Assembly: GCF_026337845.1 (NCBI RefSeq)
Contig: NZ_JAOVZF010000146.1
Location: 1-57,014, forward strand
Length of the DNA: 57,014 nucleotides
Source of the DNA: Paraliomyxa miuraensis
Lineage (GTDB): Bacteria > Myxococcota_A > Polyangia > Nannocystales > Nannocystaceae
Direction of reading: 5' to 3'
Positions 48,401 through 55,978 of the stretch are shown here, in pieces; positions within the stretch are counted from its first letter, which is position 1, and every line of letters starts with the position of its first letter. The notes under the pieces were generated by a model. The model searched no databases, was not told the DNA's origin, and saw only the letters and a program-made list of their open reading frames with translations. A program made the position numbers and the translations under genes.

Positions 48401-49409
48401 CGAGCAGCCCTGGCGAGTGGGGCAGCTCATCGACCGACTGATGAACGCCGAGCTGGCCAGCTGCAGCGGCGCGATGGGCCTCGTGCGCGCCGCCGTGCCG
48501 CTCGCCGCCGCCGGCGACGTCGCGACGTCGCGACGGCTCGTGGAGAAGATCATCGACATCACGGCCACCATGGTCGACGAGGATCCCGAGGCCGCCGCAA
48601 CCATGCACTCGGCACGAGCGATGCTCGCGATCGCCGACGGCGATCTGAGCCAGGCGTACCAGGCCATGGAGGCCGCCGCCAACGCGTTCGAGAGCGCGGG
48701 GAGCCTGCGCAACTCCCTCGAGCACTTTGCCGGCGCCGGCTTCTTCATGCTCGAGGTCGGGAGCCGCGAGCGGGGCGAGGCGCTCTTGCGGCAGACGATC
48801 GAGCGCTGCGTCGAGCTGCGGCTCGAGCACGTCTGTGCCGTTACCCGCCACAACCTCGGCCGGCGCCTGGTCGACGTTGGTCGGTTCACCGAGGGTCTCG
48901 AGCTCGAGCTCGACGCCCTCGCCAGCTTCGAACGGCACGGCAACCAGCGCATGATGGGCCTCACCCGCTGCCACATCGCGTGGATCCTGCTCCACGAAGG
49001 CCGCACGCACGAGGCAATGGGTCACGTGGATCTGGCGATCGAGCTGCTCGAGGGCCACGCCGTCTCTCGCTCGATCTCGCGTGCGACCCGGGCGCAGATC
49101 CACCTCTCGTCGGGAGCCCCGCAGCTCGCGCTGGAGGACGCCAGGATCGCGATCGAGGGTCTCGAGTCGCTCGATCGCGTGCAGGAGGGCGAGTCGTTCA
49201 TTCGGCTCACCTGGGCCGAAGCCCTCGCGGCGGCCGGCCACCTCGACGAGGCCCGGGCGGCCATCCTCTCGGCCAAGCGCAGCGTCGACGAGCGAGCGCG
49301 CCGCATCGACGAACCGGAGCTACGCGAGAGCTTCTCGACCCGGGTTCCCGAGAACGCACGCATCCTGCAGCTCGCCACGCAGTGGATCGAGCTCGGGTCG
49401 GGGACCTGA
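45495..49409 (+). CDS. Second Ser/Thr kinase fused to an NTPase and TPR repeats, a paralog of the 35202..39134 protein (1304 aa)
   Basis: Kinase: GHVASGGMGNVYAA, VALKLV, VIHRDIKPSNIFL, DFGVAR, SPE. P-loop: GNAGAGKSRL. Walker B: LFVLEDLHWAD. The C-terminal block TRHNLGRRL.DVGRF.EG..LE..AL..FERHGNQRM.GL is shared with the first kinase. Confidence 0.85.
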   Translation: MSSKPIVVPRVRRLYRGPSATADGPTAAYPVIPVVPGYRILGHVASGGMGNVYAATSLRTHRKVALKLVRPENHTPATAERILREVRALSGLSHPGIVEYVDHGTTPEGIPYLAMEWLDGVDLDDRLHHGPLSIDDALALAVRVAEALAAAHEHGVIHRDIKPSNIFLVGGRPSDARLLDFGVARLLTHTWTLTLPGKVIGTPDYMSPEQARGAPDLDPRADLFSLGCVLHECLCGEPAFVGEHVMAVLAKVLMENPPRLGRLVPEIPVVLEEIVARLLEKDRERRIGNARELAQRLRSLVDGNDEPLELISEALTQDEQVLCSVLFFRGRSEDVADPIDLTELAKEHLGHDHTLVDGTRLIVMDCGGAASDQAATTARCALALRERAPHYAIAVASGHGIVTGRSIMGQVLDRGADLLLRGRPGNICIDDVTASLLDPSFEVADGTSGLTLVAVRDTQSGTRRLLGKKTPLVGRRGELAHLEAVFAECCEELCAAAVLMIGNAGAGKSRLRHELDARLRSHPGQPVTTFLGRADPMRTQAPLSLMSRVLCGAASLEDGEPTAIRQHKLRTRIARHVGREEIERVTLYLGELVSAYGNDAPLELRLAREDSASLRARIREAWVTWLRAESNASPVLFVLEDLHWADAATVQLMDTLLEQLEGQPILVLALARPTVHDLFPELWKHRDVETLELSPLAPRAARKLVHEVLGDTVEHHDVERIVKGAGGNAFFLEELIRAVADGSGGELPDSVLGMMQARLGSLTSFERKVLRAASVFGETAWQGGIRELLGRDADVEALGPTLMRLANEEWLTPRPRSQIPCDYEYTFRHALVCDAAYATLTDADRRVGHRLAGRWLERAGGQEAVVLAEHFLRGEDHPKATEWFATAADQAFERHEFDVVLQLVERGQRHAVPGEARGRLLLRRTELHAISGRHQEAVEAAMAALEELPLGSARWYSAAGEAALAMSRTEQPWRVGQLIDRLMNAELASCSGAMGLVRAAVPLAAAGDVATSRRLVEKIIDITATMVDEDPEAAATMHSARAMLAIADGDLSQAYQAMEAAANAFESAGSLRNSLEHFAGAGFFMLEVGSRERGEALLRQTIERCVELRLEHVCAVTRHNLGRRLVDVGRFTEGLELELDALASFERHGNQRMMGLTRCHIAWILLHEGRTHEAMGHVDLAIELLEGHAVSRSISRATRAQIHLSSGAPQLALEDARIAIEGLESLDRVQEGESFIRLTWAEALAAAGHLDEARAAILSAKRSVDERARRIDEPELRESFSTRVPENARILQLATQWIELGSGT

Positions 49410-49456
49410 CGGCGGGGCCCGACGGCGGGACCCGACGGCGGGACCGACTCCAGTGT

Positions 49457-50884
49457 TCAGGGCCGAGGATCGGGCTGGGCCGCGAACAAGTAGTCGGCCA
49501 CCAGGTGGCTCATCGCACGCACGCCGATCCCGAGCGCTGCCTCGTCGGCGAGGAACCTGGGCGAGTGGTTGCTGGGCGCCTGGGCCACCGGGGTGCCCTC
49601 GGGCACGATGCCCAGGAAGAAGAACAGCCCCGGGATCCGCTGCTGATAGAACGCGAAGTCCTCGGCGCCCAGCACGGGCTGTCGCTCGCGCAGGCGCCCG
49701 GGGCCGGCCACCCGCTGCAGCGTGGGCAGCATGCGGGACAGCAGCATGGGATCGTTGTCGACCACGGGATAGCCCAGGTCGATGGTCACCTCGGCCGTGG
49801 CCCCCGACGCCTCTGCGGTGAGGCGAGCCATGTGCTCGATGCGCTCGTGCAGCTGCTGGCGGATCCCGGCATCGAAGGTGCGGATCGTGCCGATCATCTC
49901 CACCTCGTCGGGGATGATGTTGCCGCGCACGCCCCCCGAGATGCTGCCCACCGAGATCACCGACGCGCTCTTGGTGGTGTCGAGCTGTCTGGTCACGATG
50001 GTCTGCAGCGCCAGCACGATCTGAGCCGAGACCGTGACGGGATCGACCCCTCGCCACGGGTACGCGCCATGGGTCTGCTTGCCCTTGACCACGATGCGCA
50101 GCGCATCGGCGCTGGCCATGGCAGGCCCCACCCGATAGAGCACGTCGCCGACCGGCTCGGGCACCACGTGCAGCCCGAAGATCACCTCGGGCGCGGGCTC
50201 GGCCAGCGCACCCTCGGCCACCATCAGCTCGGCCCCTCCCTCCTCGCCTTCGGGAGCGCCTTCCTCGGCCGGCTGGAACAAGATCACCACGGTGCCCGGC
50301 CGCCGGGGCAGGCGAGGCAGCAGCTCGGCCACGCCCATGGCGATCGCCATGTGCATGTCGTGGCCGCACGCGTGCATCACCGGCGTGTCCTGGCCGCGCC
50401 ACGACGCGGTGGCCTTGGACGCAAACGGCAGGCCGGTCTGCTCCTCGACCGGCAGCGCGTCCATCTCGGCCCGCAGCGCCACCACCGGTCCCGGGGCCGT
50501 GCCCTCGAGCACGGCGACCAGCCCGGTGTGCGCCACCCCGGTGCGCACGCTCCAGCCGTGGGCACGCAGGTGGTCGCCGATCACCCGTGCCGTGCGATGC
50601 TCGCGGTTGCCCAGCTCGGGATGCTCGTGGAGATCCCGGCGGTAGCCCACCACCGCCGGCTCGAGCTCCGCCGCGAGGCGGTCGATCTCGGCCGCGAGCG
50701 GCGATGCTCCCACCACCTCGGGCAGCACCACCTCGCGAGGCTCCGGCGTGACCGGACGCGCAGACGCGGGCGACGTGGGCTGGGGCGGGTCGGCGTCGAT
50801 CGGGGTCGCCGTGGTCGGCCGACAAGCGGGCGCCCCGAGCAGGACGGTCACGAGCACGAACGAAGCCGGCAGCGGGGCGCGCAT
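49457..50884 (-). CDS. M20-family amidohydrolase (peptidase M20D / aminoacylase-hippuricase-like), secreted
   Basis: Signal peptide MRAPLPASFVLVTVLLGAPA. ACGHDMHMA is the M20 metal-binding motif. GYPVVDND lies in a C-terminal dimerisation domain. Confidence 0.8.
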   Translation of the reverse strand: MRAPLPASFVLVTVLLGAPACRPTTATPIDADPPQPTSPASARPVTPEPREVVLPEVVGASPLAAEIDRLAAELEPAVVGYRRDLHEHPELGNREHRTARVIGDHLRAHGWSVRTGVAHTGLVAVLEGTAPGPVVALRAEMDALPVEEQTGLPFASKATASWRGQDTPVMHACGHDMHMAIAMGVAELLPRLPRRPGTVVILFQPAEEGAPEGEEGGAELMVAEGALAEPAPEVIFGLHVVPEPVGDVLYRVGPAMASADALRIVVKGKQTHGAYPWRGVDPVTVSAQIVLALQTIVTRQLDTTKSASVISVGSISGGVRGNIIPDEVEMIGTIRTFDAGIRQQLHERIEHMARLTAEASGATAEVTIDLGYPVVDNDPMLLSRMLPTLQRVAGPGRLRERQPVLGAEDFAFYQQRIPGLFFFLGIVPEGTPVAQAPSNHSPRFLADEAALGIGVRAMSHLVADYLFAAQPDPRP

Positions 50885-50976
50885 GCACGGCGAGCATACG
50901 ACGCCATCGACACCACGCGCGAAGGCGCGAGGGACCCGCGGCAGTGGTATCGTGGGTCCACCAGGCGAACGCGACG

Positions 50977-52002
50977 ATGAGCTCGACGGGCAAGGCGCGT
51001 GTGTGCGCAAGACGCTTCCTCTGGCGTGCCGGATGGGAAGCCGTGGCGTCGTCGCTGCTGCTGCTGGGATGTGCCGTGGGCACGGGGACCGATGGCGCGG
51101 GCTCGGCCTTCAGCGTGGGCGAGGCCGGGGGCGGCTCCGATGGCACCGGTGACGGCGCCAGCGGCGACGACGTGGCCGACGGCTCGGGGGGTGGCTCGGC
51201 CACCACGGTCGGGCCGCCCACCGGTGACACCGACGATCCGCCTCCGCCGGGCGGGGAGATCTGCAATGGCCTCGACGACGACGGCGATGGTCAGGTCGAT
51301 GAGGACCAGCCATCGCAAACCTGCGGGGTGGGCTCGTGCGAGGTCACCCAGCCCACCTGCGTGGGTGGGATCCCTCAGCCGTGCACTCCCGCGCTGCCGG
51401 GCGGCGAGGTCTGCAATGGCCTCGACGACGACTGCAACGGAGCCGTGGACGACGTGGGGCAGGCATGCTCCAACGCGTGCGGCAACGGGACCACGGTGTG
51501 CATGGGCAACGCCGAGGTCTGCGATGCGCCGGCCCCGGCGGCCGAGAGCTGCAACCTCGACGACGACGATTGCGACGGCGACTTCGACGAAGGCGTGGGC
51601 GGCTGCCGCGTGAGCGTGCATCGCTTCGTGCATCCCACCACCGGCGAGCACTTCTACACGGCCAGCCTCGCCGAGGGGCAGGGGGCCGGCTTCTCGCTCG
51701 AGGTGGCCAGCTACTTCGAGCTCTACGCGGGCGCACACGCGGGGCTGACCGCCTTCCACCGCTGCTATCAGCCGGGTGGCTTCCACCTCTACACCCAGGA
51801 TCCCGGCTGCGAGGGACTGCAGCTCGAGGGCGTGCTGGGCTACATCGCCACCGGCGCGGGCACGGCCGGCTCGATCCCCCTCTACCGACTCTACCGGGCC
51901 GCCAACGGCGACCACTTCTACACCACCAGCGCGGCCGAGCGAGACAACGCGATCGCGAGCTTCGGCTACGTCGGCGAGGGGACGGCCGGCTACGTGTGGT
52001 AG
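50977..52002 (+). CDS. Lipoprotein with MopE-like putative metal-binding repeats (CNGxDDDxDGxxDE) and a C-terminal triplet of ~45-aa 'HFYT' repeats
   Basis: Start MSSTGKARVCARRFLWRAGWEAVASSLLLLGCAVG (lipobox). Metal-binding repeats: CNGLDDDGDGQVDED, CNGLDDDCNGAVDD, CNLDDDDCDGDFDE. Three HFYT repeats: HRFVHPTTGEHFYTAS, FHRCYQPGGFHLYTQD, LYRLYRAANGDHFYTTS. Confidence 0.7.
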   Translation: MSSTGKARVCARRFLWRAGWEAVASSLLLLGCAVGTGTDGAGSAFSVGEAGGGSDGTGDGASGDDVADGSGGGSATTVGPPTGDTDDPPPPGGEICNGLDDDGDGQVDEDQPSQTCGVGSCEVTQPTCVGGIPQPCTPALPGGEVCNGLDDDCNGAVDDVGQACSNACGNGTTVCMGNAEVCDAPAPAAESCNLDDDDCDGDFDEGVGGCRVSVHRFVHPTTGEHFYTASLAEGQGAGFSLEVASYFELYAGAHAGLTAFHRCYQPGGFHLYTQDPGCEGLQLEGVLGYIATGAGTAGSIPLYRLYRAANGDHFYTTSAAERDNAIASFGYVGEGTAGYVW

Positions 52003-52104
52003 GAGGGGCGCACCGACGCCCGACGTGCTGATTCGACCGAGCCGCAGCCGGTCATTCCAAACCTTCGCTGGGGCCCAGGCACCTGCGGCTGCTAGCATGC
52101 TCGC

Positions 52105-53571
52105 ATGGTCGACGCGTGGCGATGGGGATTGACGTCGTTCGGACTGCTCGTCTGGGTGAGCGGGTGCAAGGAGGAGCCGCCCTCGACCGACGGTGGCTCG
52201 GGCGAGAGCGGGATCGTGCTGACGGCGGCGGACGAGTCCGGACCGATCCTCGACGTCGGCAACGCAGACACCGGCACCATCAACTGCGGTGAGGGCGTCG
52301 GGCAGTGCGACGACCAGGTCGACCTGCTGTTCGTCATCGACAACTCGGGCTCGATGGGCGAGGAGCAGCTGAACCTGGCGCTCAACATGCCCAAGCTGGT
52401 GCGAGGGCTCGAGGAGCTCACCGATGCCATGGGCAACCCGGTGGCCGCCAACGTGCACATCATGGTGACCACCACCGACTCGGGCAATCCGCTGTGCGAC
52501 CCCTACTACAAGCCCGGTCGCTCGCCCGAGGAGGGCACGCCCATCAGCAGTGCGTGCACCGATCGGCTGGACCGGTTCACCAGCGTGTCGATGCCGCCCG
52601 TCGATGCCGAGGGCGCCTGCACCACCGTTTGCCCCACGCCCCTGGCCCCCGAGGGTGACTTCATCTCCTTCAACGGCTCGCTCGACAACGTGCCCGACGT
52701 GGCTCCCGCCGACGTCGACGGTGATGGCATGGACGACAGCCCGGCGGCGCAGACCCTGTCGTGCGTGGGCCCGCAGGGGATCGACGGCTGCGGCTACGAG
52801 TCGCCGCTCGACAGCATGCTGCAGGCGCTCGACCCCGGCGCTCCGTGGAACCAGGGCTCCGACCCGTTCCTGCGCACCGGCTCACTGCTCGCGGTGGCGA
52901 TCATCACCGACGAGGCCGACTGCTCGATCGTGGACGAGTCGGTGATGGCCGACGCCGCCTTTCAGGAGGATCACCCCGAGACCGGCATGGCCCAGCCCAC
53001 CAGCGCCATCTGCTGGAACGCGGGGGTCTCCTGCGACGGCCCCGATGGCAACGGGCTCTACGGCAACTGCGAGTCCACCGGGGATCGGCTGCGGCCCGTG
53101 CAGGAGTACGTCGACTTCCTCCAGGATCAGAACCGGCGCGTGGTGATGCTGGGCATCGTGGGCATTCCGCCCGTGACCGCGCGCAACCCCGATCCGCCCT
53201 ATCAGCCCACTGCGGGCGGGTTGTTCGACCTCGAGTACCGCGACTGGCGCGACCCCGACTACGCCAACGGCGGTGACATCCTGCCCGACGACTGGAACAA
53301 CATGATCGACGCGTCGTTCAAGCAGTACCAGTTCGGCATCGGGCCCGGCTGTACGGGTGAAGACGGGATGGGTGGCTTCACCGGTCAGGCGATCCCGCCC
53401 GTGCGCATCAAAGAGGTCTGCCAGGCCCTCGACGTCGAAGACGACCCCGCCACCAACGAGGACGAGAGCGACATCCGTTGCTGCATGGAGTCGATCTGCG
53501 ATACCGACTTCAGCCCCGCACTGCGGTGCCTCGCGGGGCTGATCCAGGAGAACGTGATCCCGGTCGAGTAG
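52105..53571 (+). CDS. VWA-domain lipoprotein with a Cys-rich N-terminal region
   Basis: MVDAWRWGLTSFGLLVWVSGCK (lipobox). NCGEGVGQCDD, then LLFVIDNSGSMGEEQ (MIDAS motif DxSxS). 488 aa. Confidence 0.75.
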   Translation: MVDAWRWGLTSFGLLVWVSGCKEEPPSTDGGSGESGIVLTAADESGPILDVGNADTGTINCGEGVGQCDDQVDLLFVIDNSGSMGEEQLNLALNMPKLVRGLEELTDAMGNPVAANVHIMVTTTDSGNPLCDPYYKPGRSPEEGTPISSACTDRLDRFTSVSMPPVDAEGACTTVCPTPLAPEGDFISFNGSLDNVPDVAPADVDGDGMDDSPAAQTLSCVGPQGIDGCGYESPLDSMLQALDPGAPWNQGSDPFLRTGSLLAVAIITDEADCSIVDESVMADAAFQEDHPETGMAQPTSAICWNAGVSCDGPDGNGLYGNCESTGDRLRPVQEYVDFLQDQNRRVVMLGIVGIPPVTARNPDPPYQPTAGGLFDLEYRDWRDPDYANGGDILPDDWNNMIDASFKQYQFGIGPGCTGEDGMGGFTGQAIPPVRIKEVCQALDVEDDPATNEDESDIRCCMESICDTDFSPALRCLAGLIQENVIPVE

Positions 53572-53587
53572 GCGGGTCGATGAGACG

Positions 53588-53992
53588 CTAGACCGAGAAC
53601 GACGACCCGCAGCCGCAGCTGCCCGTGGTGTTGGGGTTGTTGAACTTGAACCCCGCCCCCTGCAGGCCCTCCACGTAGTCGATGGAGGTGCCCATCAGGT
53701 ACATGAAGCTCATCTGGTCGCTCACGAGGGTGACCCCCTGGCTGTCGAACACGTAGTCACCCTCGGCGTGCTCGTCGAAGTAGAGGTCGTATTGGAAGCC
53801 GGAGCAGCCGCCACCCATCACCTTGACCCGCAGGGCGTAGTGGGGCTCGATGGTCTCGGCCTCGCGGATCTCCCGAACCTTGTCCGCGGCGGTCTCGGTG
53901 AGCGACAGGGCGCCCGCCATCGCGGGATCGTCGATCGGCTCGGGCGCTGCCTTGGGCTCGGTCGCCTCGGTCGTCATGGTCTCGGTGGACAT
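53588..53992 (-). CDS. erpA: Iron-sulfur cluster insertion protein, HesB/IscA/ErpA family
   Basis: LRVKVMGGGCSGFQY...NPNTTGSCGCGSSF is the A-type carrier signature (Cys-X-Cys-Gly). Start MSTETMTTE has a GGAGAC ribosome-binding site. The ORF track's 14-aa extension is not supported. Confidence 0.85.
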   Translation of the reverse strand: MSTETMTTEATEPKAAPEPIDDPAMAGALSLTETAADKVREIREAETIEPHYALRVKVMGGGCSGFQYDLYFDEHAEGDYVFDSQGVTLVSDQMSFMYLMGTSIDYVEGLQGAGFKFNNPNTTGSCGCGSSFSV

Positions 53993-54195
53993 GGGTCTCC
54001 AGTGTTGCGCAGCTGGCGCGGCTCTCGTCGCCAAAGCTAACGTTGGGGAAGATTGCGTTCACGGGCCGCCGGGGTCAAGTCCTCGCGTCCCGGGGGAGGA
54101 AGAAGAACCGGCGAGGAGGGGCTTCGGCAGCGGACCGAAGGACCGCCCCGGCCGGCGAGAGGTTACCCATCCGGTGAGGCTCGGCGGCGATCCCA

Positions 54196-54241
54196 CCCCA
54201 AAGTCGGCCCCAAAGTCGGCCCAAAGTTGGCCCGATGTTGG
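54196..54241. promoter_or_regulatory. Four tandem ~11-12-nt direct repeats (CCCCAAAGTCGG, CCCCAAAGTCGG, CCCAAAGTTGG, CCCGATGTTGG). They lie 38 nt upstream of an exact TTGACA at 54279..54284, in the divergent erpA / lipoprotein intergenic region.
   Basis: Direct reading. TTGACA lies 33 nt upstream of the 54318 start codon. Confidence 0.55.
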
Positions 54242-54317
54242 CCTAGCCGCGTCGCGATCGCCGCCACCGTTCCCGACGTTTGACAGGCCCCGGCGCGGAC
54301 GCCTACCGTGGGCGCAA

Positions 54318-55874
54318 ATGGCGGCAAGCGTCCTGAAATCGCCCCTTGGCATCGTTGGCTGGGCTCCCGTGGTGGGGCTCGGGCTCCTGCTGGCCTCCTC
54401 TGGCTGCGACCGCGACGAGGCGATGCAGCGCCAGATGGAGGGCATGCAAAAGGAGCCCAAGGAGAAGGTCGAGCTCCCGCCCGAGGTTCCGCCGCATCCG
54501 CTGCGCGACAAGCTGATGCCGGTGCTCTCGAAGGTCTACGCGCTCAACAAGCCGCCGGGCGTGGCCGACGCGGAGATCATGCCCGAGGGCGACTACAAGT
54601 ACGAGCTCGAGGCGGGCGTGATGGCGGTGATCCGCGTTCCCGCCGGGCTGCCCCAGAACGAGAAGGTTCGCGCGATCGTGCAGGCCACGGCCGAGGCCGA
54701 TGCGTGGGCCTACCGCAAGGACGCGCGGCGCGAGTACGCCGACCTCGTCGCACGCGTCAAGAACGGCTACGGCAAGGAGCAGCGCGACAGGATCCTCAAG
54801 GCCTACGCCGAGCTGCGCATGCTGCAGTACTTCAACAGCGATTCGGCCCAGGCCGACGTGGCCTCGCTGCCCGAGGACGTGCGCGGGCCGGTCGAGGAGA
54901 TGCGGGCATACTACGTCGACAACAAGCAGAAGATCTGGGACGACTGGATGGCGGTGAAGATGTACGCCCGCCGCGTGGTCGCCGGCGACGAGCCGTTCCG
55001 CGGGGTGCTGCGCGACATCAAGAAGGAGCTGGGCAAGGAGGAGCCGCCGCCCATCAGCTGGGAGGACGCGATGGCCTCGGCCCAGTTCAAGGCATGGGCC
55101 ACCGAGATCCGCAAGGACGAGCAGCTCATCGGCACCCTGCTCAACATGCGAGACATGCGGGAGCGCGAGGCGTTCCTCGAGGACACCCACTCGCTGTGGA
55201 TCATGGAGGGCTCGCCCGAGATCCCCGACAAGGCCAAGAAGGTCAAGCCCGAGAAGGACCTGGGCTTCGGCATCATGCGCGAGGACCTCGGTGGCGGCTA
55301 CAACGACCTCACCTACGTGTTCAGCAAGAAGCTCGACGGAGCGGCGCTGCGCAAGGCCTACCTGCGCTCGATCATCTACGGCCACCTGCTCTCCGACTTC
55401 GGCATGCTGGCCACCGCGGGCGGCGACTTTGCGGAGCGCGACGCCGACAACGTGATCAACACGGCCACCGCGGTGGTGCCCGACAAGTACGACCCGCTCT
55501 ACGCCCGCTGTGGCTCGGCGGCGGCGATCGACACGTTCATCAACCACTTCGCCGAGGAGTACGCGGTCCTTCAGGGGCTGCCGTCGGTCAAGGATCCGCA
55601 GGCGATTCTCAATGCCGCGCACGAGTGCGTGATCGATGGCGCGCGCGGGGAGATCTACATTCCCGCCAAGGACGACGACACGGATGTGGAGGGTCCCGCG
55701 CCAGGCAGCCGCCTGGGCCTCTACCAGATGCTCGCGCGCTTCGAGAACATGGACGCCGACATCGCGGCCATGGGTCAGGACAAGCGCACCGCCGAGGACG
55801 ACGTGATCGACGAGGGCGAGGCGATCCTGCAGAAGATCAAGGCCAAGGAGAACGAGGGCAAGGGGACCAAGTAG
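54318..55874 (+). CDS. Lys/Glu-rich lipoprotein of unknown function (518 aa), lower GC than the surroundings
   Basis: MAASVLKSPLGIVGWAPVVGLGLLLASSGCDRDE carries a lipobox. The rest is clean, coding-like, charged sequence. Confidence 0.65.
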   Translation: MAASVLKSPLGIVGWAPVVGLGLLLASSGCDRDEAMQRQMEGMQKEPKEKVELPPEVPPHPLRDKLMPVLSKVYALNKPPGVADAEIMPEGDYKYELEAGVMAVIRVPAGLPQNEKVRAIVQATAEADAWAYRKDARREYADLVARVKNGYGKEQRDRILKAYAELRMLQYFNSDSAQADVASLPEDVRGPVEEMRAYYVDNKQKIWDDWMAVKMYARRVVAGDEPFRGVLRDIKKELGKEEPPPISWEDAMASAQFKAWATEIRKDEQLIGTLLNMRDMREREAFLEDTHSLWIMEGSPEIPDKAKKVKPEKDLGFGIMREDLGGGYNDLTYVFSKKLDGAALRKAYLRSIIYGHLLSDFGMLATAGGDFAERDADNVINTATAVVPDKYDPLYARCGSAAAIDTFINHFAEEYAVLQGLPSVKDPQAILNAAHECVIDGARGEIYIPAKDDDTDVEGPAPGSRLGLYQMLARFENMDADIAAMGQDKRTAEDDVIDEGEAILQKIKAKENEGKGTK

Positions 55875-55978
55875 TACCGATCGGCGACCGCCCGCCGAGC
55901 TGGAGCTGCCTTCGCAGGTCCCGGCGCCTCGAAGCCGATTCGCTGGAAAGCGACGGGATCGTGGGCCACGATGGTGGG

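Noticed and set aside
49320-51266. 648-aa minus-strand ORF and 666-aa + ORF (48980..50980) around the M20 amidohydrolase
   Set aside because: They are out-of-frame or antisense to the M20 gene (ACGHDMHMA motif frame) and have low-complexity composition.
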